A stretch of 64,000 nucleotides of DNA from an uncultured bacterium (GTDB lineage Bacteria; Verrucomicrobiota; Verrucomicrobiia; Verrucomicrobiales; V1-33). Shown here piece after piece: positions 1 to 8,273 of the stretch (position 1 is its first letter; every line of letters begins with the position of its first letter). The translations under genes and the position numbers were made by a program. The notes beneath the pieces are model-generated. The model searched no databases. It was not told where the DNA came from and saw nothing but the letters and a program-made list of their open reading frames with translations. The stretch spans positions 3,043 to 67,042 of the forward strand of contig CAIZWU010000099.1 in the NCBI GenBank assembly GCA_903936775.1, given 5' to 3'.

Positions 1-3
1 CTT

Positions 4-480
4 TTGGCCAAAATTGACGAAGTGATCACCCACTATCCCGTCTCAGCCCGGAGCGCGGTCCTGCCTTTGCTGCATCTGATCCAGCATCAGTTTGGTTACA
101 TCCAACCGGAGGCGGTCAACTGGGTCGCCGCCAAGCTCGGTTTGGAGCCGGTTCAAGTGCTGGAAGTGGTTACCTTCTACCCCGGATTCCGCCAATCGGC
201 CCCGGGCAAGTTCCATATCCGCGTCTGCCGCACGCTTTCCTGCGCCATGGCTGGCAGCTATGACCTGATGGAAAACCTGTGCAAGGCCACCGGGATCGAC
301 CGCTCCCATACCGACCATCATCATCCCATCGCGCTCAGCCCGGATGGGAAATTCAGCATCGAATTCGCCGAATGCCTCGCCTCCTGCGGCTCCGGACCCG
401 TCTGCATGGTGAATGACGACTTCCATGAGGCCGTCACCGCCGACAAGATTCCCGGCCTGCTCGGCAGCTACCGCGGCTGA
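4..480 (+). CDS. nuoE: NADH-quinone oxidoreductase subunit E (24-kDa 2Fe-2S subunit); 5' end possibly outside window
   Basis: Protein shows the NuoE thioredoxin-like 2Fe-2S pattern (VTFYPGF, CRTLSCAMAGS, ECLASCGSGPVCMVND). The track start is a TTG at base 4 and the frame is open to base 1, so the true start may lie upstream of the window. Confidence 0.85.
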   Translation: MAKIDEVITHYPVSARSAVLPLLHLIQHQFGYIQPEAVNWVAAKLGLEPVQVLEVVTFYPGFRQSAPGKFHIRVCRTLSCAMAGSYDLMENLCKATGIDRSHTDHHHPIALSPDGKFSIEFAECLASCGSGPVCMVNDDFHEAVTADKIPGLLGSYRG

Positions 481-714
481 GGTGCCCCCACCGCGGCTGG
501 AAGGGGTCCATGGAGACGGACCGCCAATTTGAATCCAAGGCGGGCGCGATTTGCCTTGTCCCGCATCAGGGAGGCCATCAGGATCCAACCACGGCCCCGG
601 GCAAAACCCGGGTCCATCATTGCCCCTGCACCAAGGCATCCACCCGTCTGAAAGACGGCCGCGCCCGTTGCTGTAGGGATGGAGTCCCGATTCAATATTT
701 GGTATTATATCCCC

Positions 715-3700
715 ATGATGCGCCCCGTCTCCCTGCCCCTTGCCTGCTCCTTTCTCCTCTATTCCCTTGCCGGAGAGAGCGGTGCCGCGGTGGACTTCAA
801 CCGCGAGGTCCGCCCGATCCTCTCGGACCGTTGTTACGCCTGCCATGGTCCGGATGGGGCCAAACGGGAAGCCGGACTGCGCCTCGACACCTTCGAGGGT
901 GCCACCGGCGCGTTGAAAAGCGGCGCCCGCGCCATCGTGCCCGGCAAACCGGAGGAGAGCGAAGTCTTCAAACGCATCCACACCAGCGATCCCGACGATC
1001 TGATGCCGCCCGCCAAACTGAACCGGCCCCTCACGGAACCGGAGCGCGCCGTCCTCGACCGCTGGATCAGCGAAGGCGCCACCTATGCCCGGCACTGGGC
1101 CTTTCTCCCGCCGCAGGCACACCCTGCGCCGGCGGTCCAGGATCAGGCCTGGCCGAAAGATGACCTCGACCGCTTCATCCTGGCCAAACTGGAGGGCCAG
1201 CAACTCACTCCCGCGCCGGAAGCGGACCGGGCCACCCTGCTGCGCCGGGTTTCCTTCGTCCTCAATGGCCTGCCACCCTCTCCGGAGCAGATCGAATCCT
1301 TTGCCCGGGACGAATCCCCCCAGGCCTACGAAAAACAGGTGGATGCCCTGCTGGCTTCGCCCCGTTTTGGCGAGCGCATGGCGCTCGACTGGCTGGACAT
1401 CGCCCGTTTTGCTGACACCTATGGTTATCAATCCGACAACAGCTGTTTCGTCTGGCCGTGGCGTGACTGGGTGATCAAGGCCTTCAATGACAACCTGCCC
1501 TACGACCAGTTCCTGACGTGGCAGATCGCAGGGGACCTCCTGCCCAACGCCACCACGGAACAGCGCCTCGCCACCCTCTTCAACCGCCTCCACCGCCAGA
1601 CCCAGGAGGGCGGATCGATTGAGCCGGAATTCCGTCAGGAATACATTTCGGACCGCGTCCACACGGCCGGCACGGCCTTCCTGGGTCTGACCATGGAGTG
1701 CTGCAAATGCCACGACCACAAGTATGATCCCCTGCCCCAGCAGGACTATTACAGCATGGCCGCGATGTTCGGGCAGATCGATGAAAACGGCCTCTTCCCC
1801 TATTCCATTTCCACCACCGCACCGGAGCCCTCCATGCGCCTGACCCAGCCAGGGCAGGAACCGGAAATAGCCCGCCTCCGCTCCGCCTTGGAGGCTGCCC
1901 TTGCCCATTCGCAAACTGTCCTGACCAATCGCGCCACCGCCTTCGACGGATGGCTTGCTGCCACGGAAACCATCGCCACCCCGGTGCCCACCGATCACTT
2001 CCCGCTCGACGCCATCAAGGAGGGCGGGCTCGCCAACGCCATCGGCAAACAGGCCCCCGGCAAGATGTCAGGCGGCCAGTTGATCCCGGTGCCCGGCATG
2101 GTGGATGGTGCCATGGAATTTGATGGCGATACCTTCCTTCAGCTGGATGGGGTAAAGGACCTGACCCGGCACCAGCCGCTCAGCGTTTCCGTCCGGCTCT
2201 TCTCTCCTGACAAAAAACAGAGGGCGGCCCTTCTGCACACCGGCCCCGGCCTGTTCTCCCAGATGGCCGACGGCGCCGGCTTTGAACTGCTGCTGGAGGA
2301 GGGGAAGTTGCGCTGGAGCTGCATCCACCTCTGGCCCGGCTGCGCCGCTTCCGTCGAAACGCTGGACGACTTCCCCGCCGGCCGCTGGGTGGAAGTCACG
2401 GTCACTTACGACGGATCCTCCTCGGCCAGCGGCCTGAAAATCCACTACGATGGCCAGCCGGTCCCGATCCGCGTCCGGCACGACCATCTCGACAAAAATA
2501 TCACCACTGAAATCATGCGCCTTGGTGCCCGGCCCCGCGATGACCGCGGCTTCGCCCAAGGCCGGATGGATGAGCTGAAGATCTTCCGCGAAGCGCTCTC
2601 GCCTCTGGAAGTGGCCGATCTGCATCAGCCTGTCATGGCTCAAACCCTGCAGGCCGCCAAATCGGGCGATGCCGCTGCGGTGGCCTTGGTCCGCACCCAT
2701 TATTTGAGCCGTGTGGATGAGGAAACCGCCCGGGCCCGCCAGGCTGTGGTCGCCGCCCGGCAGCAGTTGGAGGATGACTTCCTCGGCCGTCTGCCGCTCA
2801 TCATGGTGATGAAGGACCCACCCAACCCCAGGCCCACTTATGTCCTGACCCGGGGAGACTACGCCACCCCGGACCTCAACCGCCCGGTGCAGCCTGGCGC
2901 GCCGGAAGCCGTGATGCCCTTCGCTGACACCCGGCCGAAGAACCGCCTTGGCCTCGCGCAATGGATGACCGATTTACAGAATCCGCTGGTCTCCCGTGTC
3001 GCGGTGAACCGCTTGTGGATGATGTGTTTCGGAAGCGGCATCGTGGTCACCCAGGAGAACTTCGGCCTGCAGGGCGACGCCCCTTCCCATGAGGAACTGC
3101 TCGACACCCTCGCTTACGGATTTGCCCGCACCGGCTGGGACGTAAAGGGGATGTTGAAGCGCCTCGTGATGAGCGCCACCTTCCGTCAGGCTTCCCCGCC
3201 CACCCCGGAGAAGCGGGCCAAGGATCCGGCCAACCGGCTGCTTGCCCGCGGTCCCTCCTACCGGTTATCCGGGGAAGCCATCCGCGATCAGGCACTGTTT
3301 GCCGCCGGGCTGTTGGTGGAAAAATCCGGCGGCCCCAGTGTCAAACCCTGGCAACCCGCCGGCATCTGGTCGGAAGCCGGCGCCTCCGGCGGGGATTACC
3401 AACCTGACGAAGGCGACGGCCTCCACCGCCGCAGTCTCTACACCTTCCGTAAACGCACCGCTCCGCCGCCCGGACTGCTCACGCTCGATGCCGGCAGCCG
3501 CGAAATCTGCCAGCCCCGCCGCCTCACCACCAACACCCCCCTCCAGCCACTCATTTTCCTGAATGACCAGAGCTTCTTCGAATGCGCGCGGCGCCTCGCC
3601 CAGCGCGCTATCAGGGAAGCACCCGGCGACCCCGGCGCGCAGCTGGCCCGCGCCTTCCTCCTCCTGACTTCCCGGCCCCCGGCCCCGGCGGAAATGGACA

Positions 3701-3855
3701 CTTTAAGAGAACTGCATGCCCTCCAGATCGCCCGGTTCTCCGCCGACCCGGCCAGCACCATTTCCGTGGCGGGCACTCCCCAGCCGGAACTGGCTGCCCT
3801 CACCATTGTCTGTTCCACCCTGCTCACTTCCGACGCGGCCCTGACCAACCGCTGA
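715..3855 (+). CDS. Secreted PSCyt1 (planctomycete cytochrome c) / DUF1549 / LamG-like / DUF1553 domain protein
   Basis: Start moved to ATG 715 for the signal peptide MMRPVSLPLACSFLLYSLAG. Heme-binding-type CxxCH (CYACHGPDGAKREAGLRLD). DUF1549-like block RRVSFVLNGLPPSPEQIESF. LamG-like insert (DGAMEFDGDTFLQL ... MDELKIFREALS). DUF1553-like C-terminus (RVAVNRLWMMCFG, RRSLYTFRKRTAPPP). Confidence 0.85.
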   Translation: MMRPVSLPLACSFLLYSLAGESGAAVDFNREVRPILSDRCYACHGPDGAKREAGLRLDTFEGATGALKSGARAIVPGKPEESEVFKRIHTSDPDDLMPPAKLNRPLTEPERAVLDRWISEGATYARHWAFLPPQAHPAPAVQDQAWPKDDLDRFILAKLEGQQLTPAPEADRATLLRRVSFVLNGLPPSPEQIESFARDESPQAYEKQVDALLASPRFGERMALDWLDIARFADTYGYQSDNSCFVWPWRDWVIKAFNDNLPYDQFLTWQIAGDLLPNATTEQRLATLFNRLHRQTQEGGSIEPEFRQEYISDRVHTAGTAFLGLTMECCKCHDHKYDPLPQQDYYSMAAMFGQIDENGLFPYSISTTAPEPSMRLTQPGQEPEIARLRSALEAALAHSQTVLTNRATAFDGWLAATETIATPVPTDHFPLDAIKEGGLANAIGKQAPGKMSGGQLIPVPGMVDGAMEFDGDTFLQLDGVKDLTRHQPLSVSVRLFSPDKKQRAALLHTGPGLFSQMADGAGFELLLEEGKLRWSCIHLWPGCAASVETLDDFPAGRWVEVTVTYDGSSSASGLKIHYDGQPVPIRVRHDHLDKNITTEIMRLGARPRDDRGFAQGRMDELKIFREALSPLEVADLHQPVMAQTLQAAKSGDAAAVALVRTHYLSRVDEETARARQAVVAARQQLEDDFLGRLPLIMVMKDPPNPRPTYVLTRGDYATPDLNRPVQPGAPEAVMPFADTRPKNRLGLAQWMTDLQNPLVSRVAVNRLWMMCFGSGIVVTQENFGLQGDAPSHEELLDTLAYGFARTGWDVKGMLKRLVMSATFRQASPPTPEKRAKDPANRLLARGPSYRLSGEAIRDQALFAAGLLVEKSGGPSVKPWQPAGIWSEAGASGGDYQPDEGDGLHRRSLYTFRKRTAPPPGLLTLDAGSREICQPRRLTTNTPLQPLIFLNDQSFFECARRLAQRAIREAPGDPGAQLARAFLLLTSRPPAPAEMDTLRELHALQIARFSADPASTISVAGTPQPELAALTIVCSTLLTSDAALTNR

Positions 3856-3877
3856 CAGTTCCACCGGACCCACCCCC

Positions 3878-5320
3878 ATGAATCCTTTCCTGCCAACCTA
3901 CGATCAGGTGATGCGCTCCACCCGGCGCCATTTCCTCGGCCAATCCGGCCTCGGCCTCGGCGCCATGGCCATGAGCCAACTCCTCGCGACGAAAGCCCAC
4001 GCCTCCCCCGGCGTGCTGGCGGCCCCCCATCTCGCCCCCAAGGCCAAACGGGTCATTTATCTTTTCCAGGCCGGGGGCCCCTCACACTTGGAGACCTTCG
4101 ACTACAAGCCCGTGCTCCGTCAGGGTCAAGGCAAGCCCCTGCCCAAAGAGGTCATCGGCAATCAGCGCCTCTCCACCATGAGTGGCAACCAAAGCAGCTT
4201 GCCCATGGCCGGATCGTTCGCCAATTTCCAGCGCGGCGGAAACTGCGGCATGGAGATCAGTGATGCCCTGCCCTTCACCCGGAAAATCGCGGATGACCTG
4301 TGCCTGATCCGCACCATGCACACCGAGGCCATCAACCACGATCCCGCGATCACGTTCTTCTGCTGCGGCAATCAGATTCCCGGCCGCCCGTCCATGGGCG
4401 CCTGGGCTTCCTACGGCCTCGGCAGTCTCAATGAAAACCTGCCCTCCTTCATCGTGCTGGTGTCAAAAAATGCCTCGCGCGATCAGCCGCTCTACTCCCG
4501 CCTCTGGGGTTCCGGTTTTCTGCCCAGCGAACACCAGGGCGTGCAGTTCCGCGCCGGCAAGGAACCGGTGCTTTATCTGACCAATCCCGAAGGGGTCTCC
4601 CCGCACGTCCGCCGCGAGATGCTGGACGCCCTCGGCAAGCTGAACGGTTATCAGGCCGGGCAACATCTCGACCCCGAGATCGACGCCCGCGTCGCCCAGG
4701 CCGAGATGGCCTTCCGCATGCAGGCCAGCGTCCCGGAAGCCACCGACTTGTCAGGGGAAACCGATGAAACCTTCGAACTCTACGGCCCGGACAGCCGCAC
4801 TCCCGGCACCTATGCGGCGAACTGCCTGCTGGCCCGCCGCCTGATCGAGCGCGATGTCCGGTTTGTGCAACTCTTCCACCAAGGCTGGGACCAGCATGGC
4901 GACGTCGTCGGCGGCATCACCCGCCAGGGCCAACAGACCGACCAGGCTTCGGCGGCGCTGGTCACTGATCTCAAGCGCCGCGGGCTGCTCGATGACACCC
5001 TCGTGGTGTGGGGCGGCGAGTTCGGCCGCACCGCCTACTGCCAGGGGAAAATGGCAGGTAACAACTACGGCCGCGACCACCACCCCCGCTGTTTCAGCCT
5101 CTGGCTGGCGGGCGGCGGGGTGAAGGCTGGCTACACCCATGGGCTGACCGACGATTACGGCTACAACATTCTCGAGGGCCCGGTCCACGTCCACGATCTG
5201 CATGCCACCATGCTCCATCTCATGGGGGTGGATCATGAAAAACTCATCTACAAGACCCAAGGCCGCTACTTCCGCCTGACTGATATCGCGGGCCATCTGG
5301 TGAAGCCGATCCTGGCTTGA
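3878..5320 (+). CDS. DUF1501 domain protein (sulfatase-fold, Tat-signal)
   Basis: Twin-arginine leader STRRHFLGQSGLGLGAMAM. DUF1501 blocks RVIYLFQAGGPSHLETFDYKP and YGRDHHPRCFSLWLAGGG. Lies 22 nt downstream of the DUF1553 gene, which is the canonical pairing. Confidence 0.9.
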   Translation: MNPFLPTYDQVMRSTRRHFLGQSGLGLGAMAMSQLLATKAHASPGVLAAPHLAPKAKRVIYLFQAGGPSHLETFDYKPVLRQGQGKPLPKEVIGNQRLSTMSGNQSSLPMAGSFANFQRGGNCGMEISDALPFTRKIADDLCLIRTMHTEAINHDPAITFFCCGNQIPGRPSMGAWASYGLGSLNENLPSFIVLVSKNASRDQPLYSRLWGSGFLPSEHQGVQFRAGKEPVLYLTNPEGVSPHVRREMLDALGKLNGYQAGQHLDPEIDARVAQAEMAFRMQASVPEATDLSGETDETFELYGPDSRTPGTYAANCLLARRLIERDVRFVQLFHQGWDQHGDVVGGITRQGQQTDQASAALVTDLKRRGLLDDTLVVWGGEFGRTAYCQGKMAGNNYGRDHHPRCFSLWLAGGGVKAGYTHGLTDDYGYNILEGPVHVHDLHATMLHLMGVDHEKLIYKTQGRYFRLTDIAGHLVKPILA

Positions 5321-5347
5321 CCCGGCCCTTCGGCGAGGACAAGGCCT

Positions 5348-6862
5348 TCAAGTCCCGGCGGGCGGCCGCAGTTGCAGCAATTCCTCCGCCCGCGCGCTGA
5401 TTTCCCGGAAACGGGCCGCGTTTGAGGGAAGCTTGAGGTCCTCGTCGAACGTGGGAATCATGGCTTTCATGCGGGCATGCCCTTCGGGAGTGAGCAGCAG
5501 GTGCGCGAAGCATTTGCGGATGACTTCCAACATGATATTGACTGAAACCGAAGCCCCCGGGGAGGCACCCAGCAGCGCGGAGAGGGTGCCGTCTGCATTG
5601 GTGATCACCTCCGTGCCGTAATGGACAATTCCCGCCTGTCCGTCGGTTTTCTTGATGGCCTGCACGCGGATCCCCGCGTCGATCAAACGCCAATCGGAAG
5701 CTTTGGCTGCAGGATAAAACACCTGCAGGACCTTCATGCGGTCGGCCATGCTCTGGGTGCCTTGCTGGATGAGATAACGCACCAGTTCGAGATTGTGAAA
5801 GCCGATCCTGATCAGCGTGGCAATATTATCAGGCCGGATCGACCGTGGCAGATCCGCAAAACTCCCATTCCTGCCGAGGAACTTCGAGGTCCACGCCGCA
5901 AAGGGCCCAAATAGCAGGGTCTTTTTCCCATCCAGCATCCTCGTATCGAGATGCGGTACCGCCATGGTCGGAGCGGCCTCCAGCGCCTGCCCGTAGACCT
6001 TGGCAGAGTGCCTCGCCACGATTTCCGCATTGTCGCAGATCAGCCATTGCCCCCCGATCGGAAAACCCCCGAGGCCCTTGGCTTCCGGAATCCCCGACTT
6101 CTGCAGGAGTGGCAGACTGCCCCCGCCCGCGCCAATGAAGACAAACCTGGTGTAGTTCAGGCGAACTTCGTTGGTGGCCAGATGGCGGATGCTGACCTCC
6201 CACCCCTCCTTCTTTTTACGCAGTCCGGTCACCCGATGTCCCGTGGCGACCCCGCAGCCTTCCTGCTGACCCAGCCAGCTGAGCAGCTTGCGCGCAATCC
6301 CGCCAAAATTCACATCCGTGCCGCCCTCCATCCTGGTGGCGGCGAGGGGCACTCCGCTGCGACCTTCCAGCAACAGCGGTGCCCAGGCGGCGATGGTCCC
6401 GCGGTCGGTGGTATATTCCATTCCGGAGAAAAAATGATGAGCGGCCAGCCCGGCATGGCGGGCCTTGAGAAAATCCACCTGCTCCTGCCCGTGCACAAAA
6501 CTCAGATGCGGAATCGGTTGGATGAACTCGCCGGGGCTCTCCACCATGCCACTGGCAACAGCATAACTCCAGAACTGTTTGGTGTGCTCGAATTGCTCGA
6601 AAATCCCGATGGCGTTGCCCACATTCACCGATCCGTCCGCCTCGCGTTTCGGGGTATAACTCAGTTCACAGAGGCCCGCATGGCCGGTGCCGGCATTGTT
6701 CCAGCCATCGGAACTTTCCCGGGCCAGTCCGTCCGCTGATTCATACACCTGGATGGTCAAACGTGGTTCCAATTGTTTGAGCATCGCTCCGAGATGGGCG
6801 GACATGACACCGCTCCCGATCAAGATTACGTCAGGATTCTCCATTGGGTTCATCGGAGGCAA
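5348..6862 (-). CDS. mqo: Malate:quinone oxidoreductase
   Basis: FAD fold DVILIGSGVMSAHLG and the block ESSDGWNNAGTGHAGLCELSYTP closely parallel E. coli Mqo. Length of 504 aa is typical. Confidence 0.9.
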   Translation of the reverse strand: MPPMNPMENPDVILIGSGVMSAHLGAMLKQLEPRLTIQVYESADGLARESSDGWNNAGTGHAGLCELSYTPKREADGSVNVGNAIGIFEQFEHTKQFWSYAVASGMVESPGEFIQPIPHLSFVHGQEQVDFLKARHAGLAAHHFFSGMEYTTDRGTIAAWAPLLLEGRSGVPLAATRMEGGTDVNFGGIARKLLSWLGQQEGCGVATGHRVTGLRKKKEGWEVSIRHLATNEVRLNYTRFVFIGAGGGSLPLLQKSGIPEAKGLGGFPIGGQWLICDNAEIVARHSAKVYGQALEAAPTMAVPHLDTRMLDGKKTLLFGPFAAWTSKFLGRNGSFADLPRSIRPDNIATLIRIGFHNLELVRYLIQQGTQSMADRMKVLQVFYPAAKASDWRLIDAGIRVQAIKKTDGQAGIVHYGTEVITNADGTLSALLGASPGASVSVNIMLEVIRKCFAHLLLTPEGHARMKAMIPTFDEDLKLPSNAARFREISARAEELLQLRPPAGT

Positions 6863-7276
6863 AGCAGGGCTGATCTGTTGAAGTCCGCGACCCCTTGATT
6901 CCTGACAGAGTCACGGCCCGGGCCATGCCCCATGGTTACCACAATATTTTTCATGCGCGGAAACTAGGACGCCGCGCCGGCTCCGTCAAGATGGCAGCAG
7001 GGCCTCAGGCGGGCGGACCGGCCAGCCAGGACGAAAGTCCTGTTACACCAAATGATCATCAAAGGCCGGCCCCCAAAAAGGGACAAGCGGTCCATTCCCG
7101 CGGCTTGCCATTCCCCACGATGATGGATTGGGAAAACATGGGAAGGCCCCCACCATGGGAGGCACCGCCCTGGCTCTGCTGCTGCCGCGCCGCCAGCGCG
7201 CCCATGGGTCCAGCCAGAGTCCCGGATCAGACCCGCCCAGGTGAATATTGCCCGGGCTAATCCCAAGCCATGCTTC

Positions 7277-8143
7277 TCACTTTGCCGTAACAGGACCGGC
7301 CAGAGTGATCGGCACGCTGATGCTGACGTAAGGGGCCGGTGGGCCAGGCAACCATGAGCCTTTGCCAAACAACAAGCCGCGCAGATGTGATTCATCCGGC
7401 GGCTGGAAATCAGACAAGCTGAGCCGCACGCGGTATCCGCGGCCGTCCGGTTGCCAGTTTTGCGGCGGGTGGGAACAAATCAGGTTGTCGGAAGAGAAGA
7501 ACTGCGGGGCCGACGGCAAGGCCAGGCCGGCAGGAGGAGCGACCGTGAGCTCGACTTCCTTTTCAAAACGGCGGGCGGTCAAAGTCCACCCTTCCAATGC
7601 CGGGGGTTGTTGGTTGGCGAGGGCTTCAAATACAGGAGCCCACACCGCATCAGGGGCAGCGGCGGCGCCGGCTTGAAGGGTCAGGGACAGTTTGGCATGA
7701 CCGGGATTGCAGGTGCGAAAACAGCACATCCAGGTGGCTTCGACGGGAAAGGCGATTGGCCCCGGTTTCAGGTCCGCAGGAGCCTTGATGGGAAGGGCCA
7801 CCAGCACCGCACGTTCGTACCCGTGCACGTTGATCGCGGCCATTTTAACCTTGTCGGGCGGCGGGTAGATCAGGGCGCCGGCCGTGAATCCCGGAGGGAG
7901 TTCCGGGGTCAGTTTGGTGGGCACGCCGGCCAGGCCCGGGTTCTGCCAGTAGGTGTGATAGCCGGGCTCGTGCTCCAGCCACAGCCCGAGATGAAAGGTC
8001 TGGCCAGGCTGGATGACTTTCGCATCCGCGACCAATTCGAGAGAGATCCCTTTGCCAGTGAACGAAGCGGGCCGCTCTTCTGCCCGGACCGAGATACCCA
8101 GGGCGAGGGAGAAGAAGAGCAGAAGATACGGGATTTTGATCAT
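7277..8143 (-). CDS. Secreted DsbD N-terminal (DsbD-alpha/DsbC-family)-like thiol:disulfide interchange domain protein
   Basis: Start moved to ATG 8143 for the signal peptide MIKIPYLLLFFSLALGISVRA. Family block GYHTYWQNPGLAGVPTKL and Cys pair WMCCFRTCNP. Confidence 0.7.
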   Translation of the reverse strand: MIKIPYLLLFFSLALGISVRAEERPASFTGKGISLELVADAKVIQPGQTFHLGLWLEHEPGYHTYWQNPGLAGVPTKLTPELPPGFTAGALIYPPPDKVKMAAINVHGYERAVLVALPIKAPADLKPGPIAFPVEATWMCCFRTCNPGHAKLSLTLQAGAAAAPDAVWAPVFEALANQQPPALEGWTLTARRFEKEVELTVAPPAGLALPSAPQFFSSDNLICSHPPQNWQPDGRGYRVRLSLSDFQPPDESHLRGLLFGKGSWLPGPPAPYVSISVPITLAGPVTAK

Positions 8144-8273
8144 GCAGAACATACCAAGGACAGGTGGAAGCTTTATCAGGAGCGTCACCGGGACCAAGGG
8201 GACCCGGACAAAAGGGAAGGAATCCTCTGGCCACCCCGTAATCCCACTTATAGAATATAGAATCTCTTCCGTC

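Noticed and set aside
1-714. nuoE is not followed by nuoF; a possible split or orphan complex I gene.
   Set aside because: The upstream context is outside the window, and split nuo clusters are common. There is not enough information to call it unusual.
43-1998. Very long antisense or out-of-frame ORFs throughout the track (for example 43-1998 -, 8376-9347 -, 9402-11303 -, 11554-12651 -, 36449-38095 +, 38810-40039 +, 40752-42389 -, 42864-44267 +, 49623-51155 +, 57228-58469 +, 62729-63913 -).
   Set aside because: They lie opposite or overlapping ORFs with clear family signatures. Their translations are Arg/Gly/Pro/Ala-rich low-complexity sequence typical of shadow ORFs in GC-rich DNA, and none shows a recognisable motif.
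7029-7040. GGACGAAAGTCC in the 414-bp mqo upstream region resembles the RNase P RNA GGAAAGUCC core.
   Set aside because: The flanking sequence lacks the other conserved RNase P regions and helices. An isolated 9-10-nt similarity is expected by chance.
6863-7276. The unusually long 414-bp spacer upstream of mqo, with ORFs 6895-7260 (+) and 6964-7395 (-), considered as a possible small gene or structured RNA.
   Set aside because: The translations are low-complexity with no signal peptide or motif. I could find no conserved riboswitch core or convincing secondary structure by eye.
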